The notes beneath the pieces were generated by a model. The model was not told where the DNA came from. It did not search any database and was given only the letters and a program-made list of their open reading frames with translations. DNA of 29,821 bases from Candidatus Thorarchaeota archaeon (GTDB lineage Archaea; Asgardarchaeota; Thorarchaeia; Thorarchaeales; Thorarchaeaceae), in assembly GCA_048882485.1 (NCBI GenBank), contig JBHLRP010000035.1, positions 3,259 through 33,079 of the forward strand. Reading direction: 5' to 3'. This document shows positions 18,814-28,183 of this stretch, one piece after another. The first letter of the stretch is position 1. Each line of letters starts with the position of its first letter. A program made the position numbers and the translations under genes.

Positions 18814-19883
18814 CATTCAAATTTGGCAAGGAATTCAGTATACAGGTCTTTGGAGAGAGCCACGGAGAAGGCGTGGGGGTAATTGTAGAGGGTTGTCCAG
18901 CGGGCCTACCAATTGACAAGGCACACATTCAGCTAGAGCTGGATAGACGCCGCTCTGGGGCAAGCAATCTTGCTTCTTCTAGATCTGAGAGCGACATCGT
19001 AGACATACACAGTGGTGTCTTCAAGAACAAGTCAACTGGGGCTCCCATAGCAATGAGTGTGCCCAACGTAGATGTCGACTCATCAACATATGAGGAAATC
19101 AAGGACAGTCCGCGACCCGGACATGCAGATTATACAGCTAGAGTCAAGTATAAGGGCCATCACGATTTTCGTGGGGGCGGCTTCTTCTCAGGTCGGATTA
19201 CTGCATCATTTGTCATGGGCGGTAGCATTGCCAAGCTCCTACTGAAGGCTGGTGGTATAGAAGTCCTAGCTCATGTTGTTCAGATAGGGGCAGTCAGGGT
19301 TACCAAGGAGGTTCCGGTCCAAGAGATAAGGACTCGAGTGTACACCAATGATCTTCGTTGTGCCGATGAAGAATCAGTGCCTAAAATGAGGGATGAGATC
19401 GAGAATGCAAAGAAGGAGGGCGACTCAGTCGGAGGAATCATTGAATGCCGCATTCTTGGAACTCCTGCGGGAATAGGCGAGCCCATTTTTGACTCTGTGG
19501 AGAGTGTTATCAGTCACGCTATGTTTAGCATCCCGGCAGTCAAAGGAATCGAGTTTGGATCTGGTTTCAAAGGAGCAGCTCTTCGAGGGTCCGAGAACAA
19601 TGATTCACCAGCCATTGAAGAGGGGAGAATCACATGGTTTCAGAACAATGCAGGAGGTATCCTTGGTGGTATCACTAATGGCGCTCCCGTGATCTTTAGA
19701 GTGGCTTTCAAGCCGACCCCAAGCATCTCGAAACCCCAAAGAACCATAGACCTCGAGAAAATGGAGGAAACTACCATCAGAGTCAGGGGCAGACATGATC
19801 CGTGCATTGTTCCAAGAGCGGTGCCAGTTGTGGAGGCGATGGCGGCAATCGCAATTACTGACCTTCTCAGAAGGGCTCGTTGA
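18810..19883 (+). CDS. aroC: Chorismate synthase
   Basis: FGESHG, PRPGHADY, SGRIT, IPAVKGIEFG, NNAGGILGGIT, KPTPSI, GRHDPC. Confidence 0.97.
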   Translation: MTFKFGKEFSIQVFGESHGEGVGVIVEGCPAGLPIDKAHIQLELDRRRSGASNLASSRSESDIVDIHSGVFKNKSTGAPIAMSVPNVDVDSSTYEEIKDSPRPGHADYTARVKYKGHHDFRGGGFFSGRITASFVMGGSIAKLLLKAGGIEVLAHVVQIGAVRVTKEVPVQEIRTRVYTNDLRCADEESVPKMRDEIENAKKEGDSVGGIIECRILGTPAGIGEPIFDSVESVISHAMFSIPAVKGIEFGSGFKGAALRGSENNDSPAIEEGRITWFQNNAGGILGGITNGAPVIFRVAFKPTPSISKPQRTIDLEKMEETTIRVRGRHDPCIVPRAVPVVEAMAAIAITDLLRRAR

Positions 19884-19903
19884 GTTTTACTTGAGAAGTA
19901 AGC

Positions 19904-20144
19904 TTTAAGTGAGTTTGATTCGGAACGAGATTCGGAGAACTGACGTGAGGTATTGCGTTCATCCGAGGCGGTTGCGTTCACTAAGAACGTCGCCAACAAC
20001 CTCCTAAGAAGACGAATCCTTCCTTCAGTTGACTCTCTGTATTCTATTTGTATCAACGTCATCATTCCAGTGACCAGTAGACGTTCTATTAGTTCATTCT
20101 TTGTGCTTCTGGTCTGCGTGAGAGGTGGCGAGTTGGTGATAGGT
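19904..20144 (+). promoter_or_regulatory. Candidate his promoter and long structured 5' leader
   Basis: TTTAAG at 19904-19909 after purine-rich GAGAAGTAAG; about 210-nt leader with several complementary segments (see findings). Confidence 0.45.
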
Positions 20145-21134
20145 ATGAAGAAGATTAGACTAGCGATTCCAAATGGACACTTAAGTAAAGCAACACTGGA
20201 CACCTTTGCACGTGCAGGCTACCGAATCTCTGGTGAGGAGAGGACCTACACACCTATCATTAACGACCCGCATATCGAAGTTAGGGTCCTGAGGCCCCAG
20301 GAGATCCCCACATTCGTTGCTGAGGGACTTCAGGACGTTGGTATCACTGGAAGGGACTGGATGAAGGAAACGAAGTCAGATGTCGAGATACTCTTGGATC
20401 TGGAGTACTCCAAGGTGCGATTGGTCATTGCTGTGCCAGAGAGCTTGAGCGGAGTGGATTCACTCTCGGACCTGATTCAGCACTACAAAGAAGCCAACCG
20501 TCCCTTCAGAGTGTTCACCGAATATCTCACGATAGCGAAAGATTTGCTGGTTGAAAATGAGGCATACGAGGAAATTTACGGCTCTGAGGAGCCGCTGATA
20601 GTGACTCCATGGTGGAGGAGCGGTAGCAATACCGAGGTGGGTGTCTACCTGTCCTTTGGTGCAACTGAGGCAAAGCCGCCCGATGTAGCCGATGCCATAA
20701 TTGAGATTGTTGATACTGGCGCATCACTCCAGCGCAACGGTCTGAAGATCCTTGAGGAAATCATGGACTCTACTGCTGTATTTATTGTGAACAAGGATGC
20801 TATTGAAGACTCTGATAAACAGGAGAAGATTTTCGATGTCATGACCTTGCTAAGGGGCGTTGTTGAAGCACGAAAGAAATTGCACATATTTGCTAATGTT
20901 GAACGCAACAAGCTTGATACACTGCTCAGTGAGCTCCCTGCATTGCAAAAGCCGACTATTAGCCCTCTATCTGATCCAAAATGGGTAGCAGTCAACACCA
21001 TTGTAGACCGCACACGGTTTCTCGAACTTGTCCCAACTCTGAGAAGGTTGGCTCAAGGACTTGTTGTATACGAACCACGTCAAGTATTGCCACTATCGAG
21101 TATGACTCAAGGAGGTAATCTGAATGGTGCTTGA
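20145..21134 (+). CDS. hisG: ATP phosphoribosyltransferase (long form)
   Basis: IRLAIPNG, RPQEIP, DVGITGRD, SFGATEAKPP, EIVDTGASL, C-terminal PTISPL domain. Start ATG 20145 after GGTGAT (track: 19953). Confidence 0.94.
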   Translation: MKKIRLAIPNGHLSKATLDTFARAGYRISGEERTYTPIINDPHIEVRVLRPQEIPTFVAEGLQDVGITGRDWMKETKSDVEILLDLEYSKVRLVIAVPESLSGVDSLSDLIQHYKEANRPFRVFTEYLTIAKDLLVENEAYEEIYGSEEPLIVTPWWRSGSNTEVGVYLSFGATEAKPPDVADAIIEIVDTGASLQRNGLKILEEIMDSTAVFIVNKDAIEDSDKQEKIFDVMTLLRGVVEARKKLHIFANVERNKLDTLLSELPALQKPTISPLSDPKWVAVNTIVDRTRFLELVPTLRRLAQGLVVYEPRQVLPLSSMTQGGNLNGA

Positions 21135-22416
21135 GATCAGAGATCCAGAGCTTCTTCCTGAGATGATCACGAGAACGAGGTCGCCTAATAGTGGCAAGCA
21201 TTCTCCGGTCATGGAAAGACAGGTGAACGGCATCATCAACAGAGTCAGTGCATTTGGAAACAAAGCACTGATTGAGTACACAAGGTGGTTTGACAAGGTC
21301 GAATTGACATCTTCAAAACTCCAAATCTCGGAAGAAGAGATTGCAGAAGCATATTCCAAGGTGGACGAAGATGAGATTATGGCGCTCCAAGAGGTTTCTT
21401 TCAGACTGAGAGAAATGTCTGAAAAGGCACTCTCTCAATTGACTTTTTCAGCTGATATAGACGGAACATCTGTTACTTCCACTGCTAGACCGCTTGATGA
21501 AGTAGGATGCTATATACCTGGTGGGACGGCATCCTATCCAAGCAGTCTCCTCATGTGTGCAGTACCTGCGCGTGTGGCTGGAGTCAGAAGAATCGTGGTG
21601 TGCACCCCTCCCAAGCCTCAAGGAGTGAGTCCGGTGACTCTCGTGGCTGCTGATATGTGCGGCGTTGAAGAGGTCTATCAAGTGGGAGGCGCTCAGGCGA
21701 TTGCCGCCTTATCTTTTGGGACTGAAACAATACGTCCAGTGCAGAAGATTGTTGGACCCGGAAATGCATATGTAACCCTTGCAAAGAAGAAGGTTTCAGG
21801 CCGGACCCAGATTGACATGCCTGCAGGACCGAGTGAACTTTTGGTGCTAGCAGATGACTCTGCTCCTGCAAGGACAATCGCGCTTGACTTGATTTCGCAG
21901 GCTGAGCACAGTCCAAATGCAATCGCTCTCCTGATCTCACCGTCTAGAAACCTATGCAGTCAGGTAGTGAGGGAGCTTGATATCCTCCTCCCGGACTCTG
22001 AGAGGAGCGAAACAGTTGCTGAGTCTTTGAGGAAAAATGGGGGCGTGTACTGCTGCTACAGTCTTAATGACTGCATTAGCTTCGCAAATGACTTTGCGCC
22101 AGAACACATTCAGATAATGACAAAGAATGCCCAAGAGGTTGCGAAGAGTATCACATCAGCTGGTCTGATTCTTCTAGGGAACTTCACGCCAGTAGCTGCG
22201 AGTGACTATGGACTTGGAGTGAACCATGTATTGCCCACACAGGGCTATGCCTCGCTCTACTCAGGTCTGTCAGTCCTAGACTTTATACGTATTGTCTATT
22301 TGGTTGAGTCAAACGAAAATGCATTGAGAAGTGTAGCGAATACAATCATCACCCTTGCCGAGGCTGAAGGACTGCCTGGCCACGCTCAAGCTATACGAGG
22401 GAGGTTGGATCAATGA
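21124..22416 (+). CDS. hisD: Histidinol dehydrogenase
   Basis: YIPGG..YPSS, GGAQAIAAL, GPGNAYV, DMPAGPSE, SQAEH, APEH, NHVLPT. Confidence 0.96.
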   Translation: MVLEIRDPELLPEMITRTRSPNSGKHSPVMERQVNGIINRVSAFGNKALIEYTRWFDKVELTSSKLQISEEEIAEAYSKVDEDEIMALQEVSFRLREMSEKALSQLTFSADIDGTSVTSTARPLDEVGCYIPGGTASYPSSLLMCAVPARVAGVRRIVVCTPPKPQGVSPVTLVAADMCGVEEVYQVGGAQAIAALSFGTETIRPVQKIVGPGNAYVTLAKKKVSGRTQIDMPAGPSELLVLADDSAPARTIALDLISQAEHSPNAIALLISPSRNLCSQVVRELDILLPDSERSETVAESLRKNGGVYCCYSLNDCISFANDFAPEHIQIMTKNAQEVAKSITSAGLILLGNFTPVAASDYGLGVNHVLPTQGYASLYSGLSVLDFIRIVYLVESNENALRSVANTIITLAEAEGLPGHAQAIRGRLDQ

Positions 22417-23513
22417 GGTCTCTAGACTCCTCCTATATCTCAAAGAAGGTGGCGCAGATGCAGTCCCTTTCTTCATACTCCTCACAGACCACATCAGAGG
22501 CAATAGAAAATCAGGATTCTCTGCTACGATTGGATAGCAACGAGAACCTCCTACTTCCTGAAGCTTTCATCAACAGGATATTGGGAGAAGCTATTGCGAT
22601 GGTAGACCCGAGGCGCTATCACTCCGATTCCGTGCAGCGGCTTAGCGAATCACTGGCTGACTACCTCAATGTAGAGCAAGAAGAGATCGTGATTGGTGCG
22701 GGTGGAGATGGCATCATCGACCTAGTTGCCGGACCTCTCATGAATCCCAATGACTCGGCAATGGTGATAGAGCCGACTTTTCTGATGTTCCAGAAGTGTC
22801 TGAACGTTCATGGGCGAGGCACACGCACCGTCTACTTGCAGAATGACTTCTCCCTCTGCGTTGAAGAGATTCAAGAGCAGTTGTTTGGAACAAATGAAGT
22901 GGTCTTTCTTTGCTCGCCTAACAACCCAACAGGAAATCAATTTCCAAGGGATGATGTTAGAGCTATCGTTGAATCAACCGAAGGTCTTGTTGTCCTCGAT
23001 GAGGCATATACAGAGTTCGCTCCAGAGTCTTTGCTAAAGATGGTTTATAAATACGATAATCTGTTGGTGCTACGGACCTTCTCGAAGGCATTTGGTCTTG
23101 CTGGAATGCGAGTAGGCTATGCAGTCACTGGACGGAATCTTGCTCAGGCCATTCAGAAGCATGTGATTCTGCCCTATCCTGTTGCGACTCTATCCACAGC
23201 TGTGGCATTTCTAATGTTAAACGAAATCGATGAGATCCAGCGTGCAGTGTCTGTGGCTCAACAAGTGAGAGAGAGGCTCAGTAATTCCTTGGAAAAGATT
23301 TCTGGTGTGACCGTTTATACGTCGGACGCAAACTTTGTACTCATTCAGATTCCCATGGAGTCAACGAATGCTGCGCAAATGCTTCAAGCGACAGGGATCA
23401 AGGTGCGTATCATTGACTGGATGCATGTGAGTGGTAACTTCCTGAGGATTACCGTGCCTCCGGAACAAGAACTCGACCGTGTTATTGATTCGTTTAAGGA
23501 GGTGCTTGGATAA
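22413..23513 (+). CDS. hisC: Histidinol-phosphate aminotransferase
   Basis: LDSNEN, CSPNNPTG, DEAYTEF, RTFSKAFGLAGMRVGY. Confidence 0.94.
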   Translation: MRSLDSSYISKKVAQMQSLSSYSSQTTSEAIENQDSLLRLDSNENLLLPEAFINRILGEAIAMVDPRRYHSDSVQRLSESLADYLNVEQEEIVIGAGGDGIIDLVAGPLMNPNDSAMVIEPTFLMFQKCLNVHGRGTRTVYLQNDFSLCVEEIQEQLFGTNEVVFLCSPNNPTGNQFPRDDVRAIVESTEGLVVLDEAYTEFAPESLLKMVYKYDNLLVLRTFSKAFGLAGMRVGYAVTGRNLAQAIQKHVILPYPVATLSTAVAFLMLNEIDEIQRAVSVAQQVRERLSNSLEKISGVTVYTSDANFVLIQIPMESTNAAQMLQATGIKVRIIDWMHVSGNFLRITVPPEQELDRVIDSFKEVLG

Positions 23514-24088
23514 TGCGCTCTTCAAAGGTGAATAGGACGACTCGAGAAACGGCCGTTAAGATAGAAATAAGTCTGGATGGGAATGGAGAGGCCTCTCTTG
23601 ATTTCTCTCCGGAATTCATGCGGCACATGCTGACAGCCTTAGTGGTCCATTCTGAGTTTGATGTCACATTGGATGCCCAGGGTGACCTGCAACATCACCT
23701 CATCGAAGATATCGCACTTTGCTTTGGAAAGGCGATTCGGGAGAGCATCGATGATGTGAATGTGATAGGAAGGTTTGGAGATGCCATAATTCCAATGGAT
23801 TGCTCCCTAGCCCTTGTTGCTGTTGACATCTGCAACAGGCCTTATTCAGTGATAGACCTGTGTTCGAAAGAGTCACGAGTAGAGGACACACTTGTTCAGG
23901 ATATTGAGCATTTCCTGAACTCTCTCGCCGCATCTCTGGCAGCCTCCATTCATGTCAAGGTACTATATGGTGAAAACGACCATCACAAGATTGAGGCTGC
24001 GTTCAAGGCTCTGGGAATCGCCTTGAAACAAGCCACTCGTTTTCGGGATGAAGCAGTCGTTCTGTCGAGCTCCAAGGGTGTGCTCTAG
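23513..24088 (+). CDS. hisB: Imidazoleglycerol-phosphate dehydratase (monofunctional)
   Basis: RTTRET, HML, HHLIED, PMD, NDHHKIEAAFKA, SSKG. Confidence 0.95.
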   Translation: MRSSKVNRTTRETAVKIEISLDGNGEASLDFSPEFMRHMLTALVVHSEFDVTLDAQGDLQHHLIEDIALCFGKAIRESIDDVNVIGRFGDAIIPMDCSLALVAVDICNRPYSVIDLCSKESRVEDTLVQDIEHFLNSLAASLAASIHVKVLYGENDHHKIEAAFKALGIALKQATRFRDEAVVLSSSKGVL

Positions 24089-24090
24089 AA

Positions 24091-24693
24091 ATGAGGGTCG
24101 GACTCATCGACTATGGTGCTGGAAACATGTACAGCATTTTATGCGGTCTTGAACGCGCAAATCTAGACACCTCTGTAATTGCGAATCCTCAGGATTTAGC
24201 CTCTGTTGATGCAGTAGTTATCCCAGGGGTGGGGAACTTCTCCCAAGCCTCGCAGGAGCTTCTCAGATTCCGCACGAGTCTTCAAGAGACTGCAAAAGAG
24301 GGTCGAATCATTCTCGGGATCTGCCTTGGCATGCAGATTCTTCTCGAACAGAGTGAAGAAGGGGAAGGTGAAGGCTTGGGACTTATCGAGGGTTCTGTGA
24401 AGCGGCTACCTTCTGATGTCAAGGTACCTCATATGGGATGGAATACAATAGAGTGGACTACGGACTCTCCGTTACTATCAGGAATATCAGAGGGATCCTA
24501 CTTCTACTTCGTACACTCCTATTACGCTGCACCAAGACAACACTCGAGAATAGTCGCCACCACTAATCATGGTGTGGATTTCCCTTCTATCATAACAAAG
24601 GATTCGGTATTTGGAGTGCAGTTTCATCCAGAGAAATCGGGTGAGTTCGGAGCAGCTGTCCTCAACAATTTCAGGAGTATGCTGGTGAGGTGA
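24091..24693 (+). CDS. hisH: Imidazole glycerol phosphate synthase glutaminase subunit
   Basis: DYGAGN, PGVGNF, GICLGMQ, PHMGWN, YFVHSY, QFHPEKS. Confidence 0.96.
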   Translation: MRVGLIDYGAGNMYSILCGLERANLDTSVIANPQDLASVDAVVIPGVGNFSQASQELLRFRTSLQETAKEGRIILGICLGMQILLEQSEEGEGEGLGLIEGSVKRLPSDVKVPHMGWNTIEWTTDSPLLSGISEGSYFYFVHSYYAAPRQHSRIVATTNHGVDFPSIITKDSVFGVQFHPEKSGEFGAAVLNNFRSMLVR

Positions 24694-24694
24694 T

Positions 24695-25426
24695 ATGATG
24701 AGGATATATCCAGCAATTGACCTGTTGAACGGAGAAGTTGTTCGACTACGCCGTGGCAACCCCTCAGACGTGAAAGTGTTCAACTCACAAGGCTCTCCCA
24801 TTGACATTGCTAGAATGTGGGAGTCTCAAGGTGCAGAACTTCTCCATGTGATAGATTTGGATGGCGCAATTGGAAAAGGCAACAATCAATCAATGGCTGA
24901 GTCCATCGCATCTGAGTTGTCCATTCCTGTCCAATTTGGAGGTGGTGTTCGAGATGGGAATACACTGACACGGCTTCTCGGTACTGGAATTGAAAGGGTC
25001 ATCTTAGGAACGCTTGCCATCCGTGCTCCTGACATTGTTCTCAGTATCGGAGAAGCATATGGCTTTGACAGAGTTGTCGTGGCATTAGATTACAGGAATA
25101 ACAGGATAGTCTGTGATGGCTGGCAAAGCCAGGAGTCAACTGACCCAAAGGACCTGCTCGCATCATTCCGTGACGATGGTATCAGCCACTTTCTGATGAC
25201 ATCTGTTGAAAAAGATGGAGAAATGAAAGGACCTGATTCCGAGCTAGCTTCATCATGCGGAGGGACGCTCTCTGATATTATCATAGCTGGTGGAATTACT
25301 TCGATCGAGGATGTAAAGACTCTCGCCGCTATGGGCTTTGAGGCCGCAGTCATCGGAAGAGCACTCTATGAAGGAGCAATCAAGCTCACTGAAGCCATAT
25401 CTGTTGGAAGGAGGTTTACATCATAG
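24695..25426 (+). CDS. hisA: ProFAR isomerase
   Basis: [30 protein letters not shown]...GPD, AGGI, GRALY. Confidence 0.95.
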   Translation: MMRIYPAIDLLNGEVVRLRRGNPSDVKVFNSQGSPIDIARMWESQGAELLHVIDLDGAIGKGNNQSMAESIASELSIPVQFGGGVRDGNTLTRLLGTGIERVILGTLAIRAPDIVLSIGEAYGFDRVVVALDYRNNRIVCDGWQSQESTDPKDLLASFRDDGISHFLMTSVEKDGEMKGPDSELASSCGGTLSDIIIAGGITSIEDVKTLAAMGFEAAVIGRALYEGAIKLTEAISVGRRFTS

Positions 25427-26199
25427 CACTAGCAAAGAGAATCATTCCCTGTCTTGATATCGAGAATGGGCGTGTCGTAAAGGGAGTGAATTTTGCCAAT
25501 CTAAGAGATGCAGGAGATCCAATAAAACTTGGGGAGAAGTACTGTCAGGACGGAGCTGATGAACTTGTGTTCCTAGATATCACTGCATCCGTGGAAGGCA
25601 GAAATCCATTATACATGATGGTTCGGAATATAGCCTCCAGGTTAACAATCCCCTTCACTGTGGGTGGTGGAATTCGCACGGTATCAGAAGCGAGAAAGCT
25701 TCTTTCAAACGGCGCTGACAAAGTTTCTGTCAACACAGCCGCCGTTGAGTCCCCACGATTGGTTCGAAACCTAGCACTATCATTTGGGAGTCAGTGCGTG
25801 GTAGTTGCCATCGATGCTCGACGACGGAGAAGTCTCAATTCTGGTCCCTCTCCCTTTGAGGTGTTTGTCTATGGCGGGCGTAAGAGAACAGAACTTGATG
25901 CAGTGGAATGGGCCAAGAAGGTTGAAGCACTGGGCGCTGGTGAGATTCTTCTGACTTCCATGGACAGGGATGGCACACGAGTGGGCTACGACATCGAGCT
26001 GACCAATACTATCTCAAACTCTCTTGGGATACCTGTAATCGCTTCAGGCGGTGCCGCGGGGCCAGAGAGCTTCCTAGAGGTACTCACCAAGGGTGCTGCT
26101 GATGCAGCCCTCGCAGCATCTGCATTCCACTACAATCAATTTCCAGTTCCAGTCGTCAAGGAGTTCCTTAGGAGACATGGGGTGGCGGTGAGAATTTGA
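25423..26199 (+). CDS. hisF: Imidazole glycerol phosphate synthase cyclase subunit
   Basis: [10 protein letters not shown]...VVKGVNF lies in frame upstream of the track start (25486); [26 protein letters not shown]. Probable ATA start at 25423. Confidence 0.95.
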   Translation: MALAKRIIPCLDIENGRVVKGVNFANLRDAGDPIKLGEKYCQDGADELVFLDITASVEGRNPLYMMVRNIASRLTIPFTVGGGIRTVSEARKLLSNGADKVSVNTAAVESPRLVRNLALSFGSQCVVVAIDARRRRSLNSGPSPFEVFVYGGRKRTELDAVEWAKKVEALGAGEILLTSMDRDGTRVGYDIELTNTISNSLGIPVIASGGAAGPESFLEVLTKGAADAALAASAFHYNQFPVPVVKEFLRRHGVAVRI

Positions 26200-26534
26200 A
26201 GCACATTACAATAGACGACCTTGATTTCATCAAGGGGGATGGGTTGGTACCTATAATAGTCCAGGACCGGGAGTCACGCCAGGTGTTGACTCTCGCATAT
26301 GCAAATCGTGAAGCGCTGGAACTCACACTCGAAACGGGTCTTGCACACTTCTTTAGAAGATCTCATCAAAAGGTGATGATGAAGGGAGTAACGTCGGGCA
26401 ACTTGCAGGAGGTTGTTGGGATGTATTCTGATTGTGATGCAGATGCTGTCATCTATGTGGTGGAACCTCAGGGTCCGGCATGCCATGAAGGAGAGCATAG
26501 CTGCTTCCACTTCCAAATCGATGTACAGAAGTGA
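26196..26534 (+). CDS. hisI: Phosphoribosyl-AMP cyclohydrolase (no HisE domain)
   Basis: [33 protein letters not shown]. Confidence 0.94.
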   Translation: MKHITIDDLDFIKGDGLVPIIVQDRESRQVLTLAYANREALELTLETGLAHFFRRSHQKVMMKGVTSGNLQEVVGMYSDCDADAVIYVVEPQGPACHEGEHSCFHFQIDVQK

Positions 26535-26562
26535 GTACGCCTGAGCATACTCGGAAACATCG

Positions 26563-26816
26563 GGAAATCGCTATATATTGCATTCTGCACCAATTCAGTT
26601 GCCAAACGAAGTCATGTAGTAAGAGAATGAAATCAAAGGAGAAAGCGAATCTGTGATAGTGGTCCACCTGTAGAGACCGCTCAGTTGACAGGCCATGGTC
26701 TGTTGTATGTCAGGCCCTTCTCAACTACGACTCGTATGGCACTAGTCCGATTTTGATGTCCTTCTCTTAGCGATTTAGCGACATGGCAGGAATGATTTGG
26801 CTAGGAGGCTAAGAAA
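26563..26816 (+). promoter_or_regulatory. Candidate promoter and long leader of the homocysteine/asd operon
   Basis: GGAAA (26563-26567) and TATATA (26572-26577) about 240 nt upstream of the first gene; leader contains short ORFs and hairpins. Confidence 0.45.
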
Positions 26817-28172
26817 TTGAAGCGAGAGAAGACTATACAAGAGATAAACGAGAAAATTAGAGACGGATCTGTTCGAGTTGTGACTGGCTCCGAGATGACT
26901 GAGATAGTTGGAGAGCTTGGAGCAGAAAAAGCAGTACATGAAGTGGATGTAGTTACTACAGGTACATTTGGTGCTATGTGTTCATCAGGTGTTTGGATGA
27001 ACTTCGGCCATGCTGAGCCTCCAATGAGAATGACACGCGTATGGCTGAATGATGTCGAGGCATATTCAGGCGTTGCAGCAGTAGATGCATTCATCGGGGC
27101 CACACAACTGTCAGAGTCATTAGGAATGGAGTACGGTGGAGGCCATGTGATTGAGGACCTAGTCCGCGGGAGGTCTGTTCACTTGCACGCGGAGTCATAT
27201 GGTACTGATTGCTATCCAAGAAAGAGTCTCTCAGTTGACATTCGAGCGGATGAGATGAATCAAGCTACAATGTCCAACCCGCGTGTCGGAGCGTTTGGAG
27301 CTGTGGCTACAAACTCATCTCGGAAGACGATCTACACATATATGGGGAAACTGCTACCTGACTTTGGCAATGCAACTTTCTCTGGAGCCGGAGAACTCTC
27401 TCCAATCCGAAATGACCCGCAATTCCACACAATAGGTGTCGGAACTCGGATATTTCTTGGAGGAGCTGAAGGATACATTACCGGGAGCGGTACACAGCAC
27501 AATCCTGATACAGGCCAAGGGACTCTGAGAGTCGAGGCTGATTTGAGGCAGATGTCCTCAGACTTCATCAAGGGATGTAATCTAGCGAGATATGGAGTAT
27601 CACTTTACGTTGGTCTTGGGGTGCCTATCCCGATTCTCAACGAAGATGTTGCCAAGAGCACAGGAGTTTCTAATCAGGAGATCGTGACCAAAGTAATTGA
27701 TTACGGCGTGCCCTCACGTGACAGACCAAAATTGGGGAAGGCTTCCTACGCGGATCTAAAGTCCGGTTCAATTGAGATAGATGGACGAGAAATCAGGACT
27801 GCACCTATTTCAAGCTTCAAAGTGGCAGAAACTGTGGCGAACGAACTGAAGCAATGGATTGAATTGAGTAAGTTCTTCCTAGCAAGTCCTGACATATTAG
27901 TGCCATCATCTGGAACTTATCATCATATGGTACAGAGAGAATTGACGGCCGCCACTTCTGCAACACCTGCGACGTTCCAACCGGCAGATAATCAGTTCGT
28001 CAATCTGGATAAGGACCGATGTGTAGAATGCGGTCTATGCACTTCATTCTGTGAACCTGGCGTCTTTGCATTTGATGATGAATGGGCATTCAAGTTCAGC
28101 CCGGACCTTTGTTCTGAGTGTGAGCTGTGTGGTGATGTCTGTCCACAGAGAGCAATCTCCCTTGGGAGCTGA
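26817..28172 (+). CDS. Aspartate-semialdehyde sulfurtransferase-like homocysteine biosynthesis protein (DUF39) fused to a 2[4Fe-4S] ferredoxin
   Basis: EINEKI, VDVVTTGTFGAMCSSG, GGGHVIEDL, GTDCYP, GIGTRIFLGG-like, GVPIPILNE (MA1821/MJ0100 family); C-terminal CVECGLC..FC and CSECELC..VCP. Confidence 0.88.
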   Translation: MKREKTIQEINEKIRDGSVRVVTGSEMTEIVGELGAEKAVHEVDVVTTGTFGAMCSSGVWMNFGHAEPPMRMTRVWLNDVEAYSGVAAVDAFIGATQLSESLGMEYGGGHVIEDLVRGRSVHLHAESYGTDCYPRKSLSVDIRADEMNQATMSNPRVGAFGAVATNSSRKTIYTYMGKLLPDFGNATFSGAGELSPIRNDPQFHTIGVGTRIFLGGAEGYITGSGTQHNPDTGQGTLRVEADLRQMSSDFIKGCNLARYGVSLYVGLGVPIPILNEDVAKSTGVSNQEIVTKVIDYGVPSRDRPKLGKASYADLKSGSIEIDGREIRTAPISSFKVAETVANELKQWIELSKFFLASPDILVPSSGTYHHMVQRELTAATSATPATFQPADNQFVNLDKDRCVECGLCTSFCEPGVFAFDDEWAFKFSPDLCSECELCGDVCPQRAISLGS

Positions 28173-28183
28173 GGTGATGTCAC

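Noticed and set aside
19953-20144. 64-codon N-terminal extension of HisG given by the ORF track
   Set aside because: HisG homology starts at MKKIRLAIP (20145), which has a proper GGTGAT SD; the extension is not protein-like
16960-20203. Long antisense ORFs (211 aa at 16960-17595, 187 aa at 19640-20203) and other shadow ORFs across the operons
   Set aside because: They lie opposite well-conserved genes and carry no motifs
26533-26552. GAGTACGC-CTGA-GCATACTC inverted repeat after hisI
   Set aside because: Imperfect, single copy, no U-tract; cannot distinguish terminator, operator or chance
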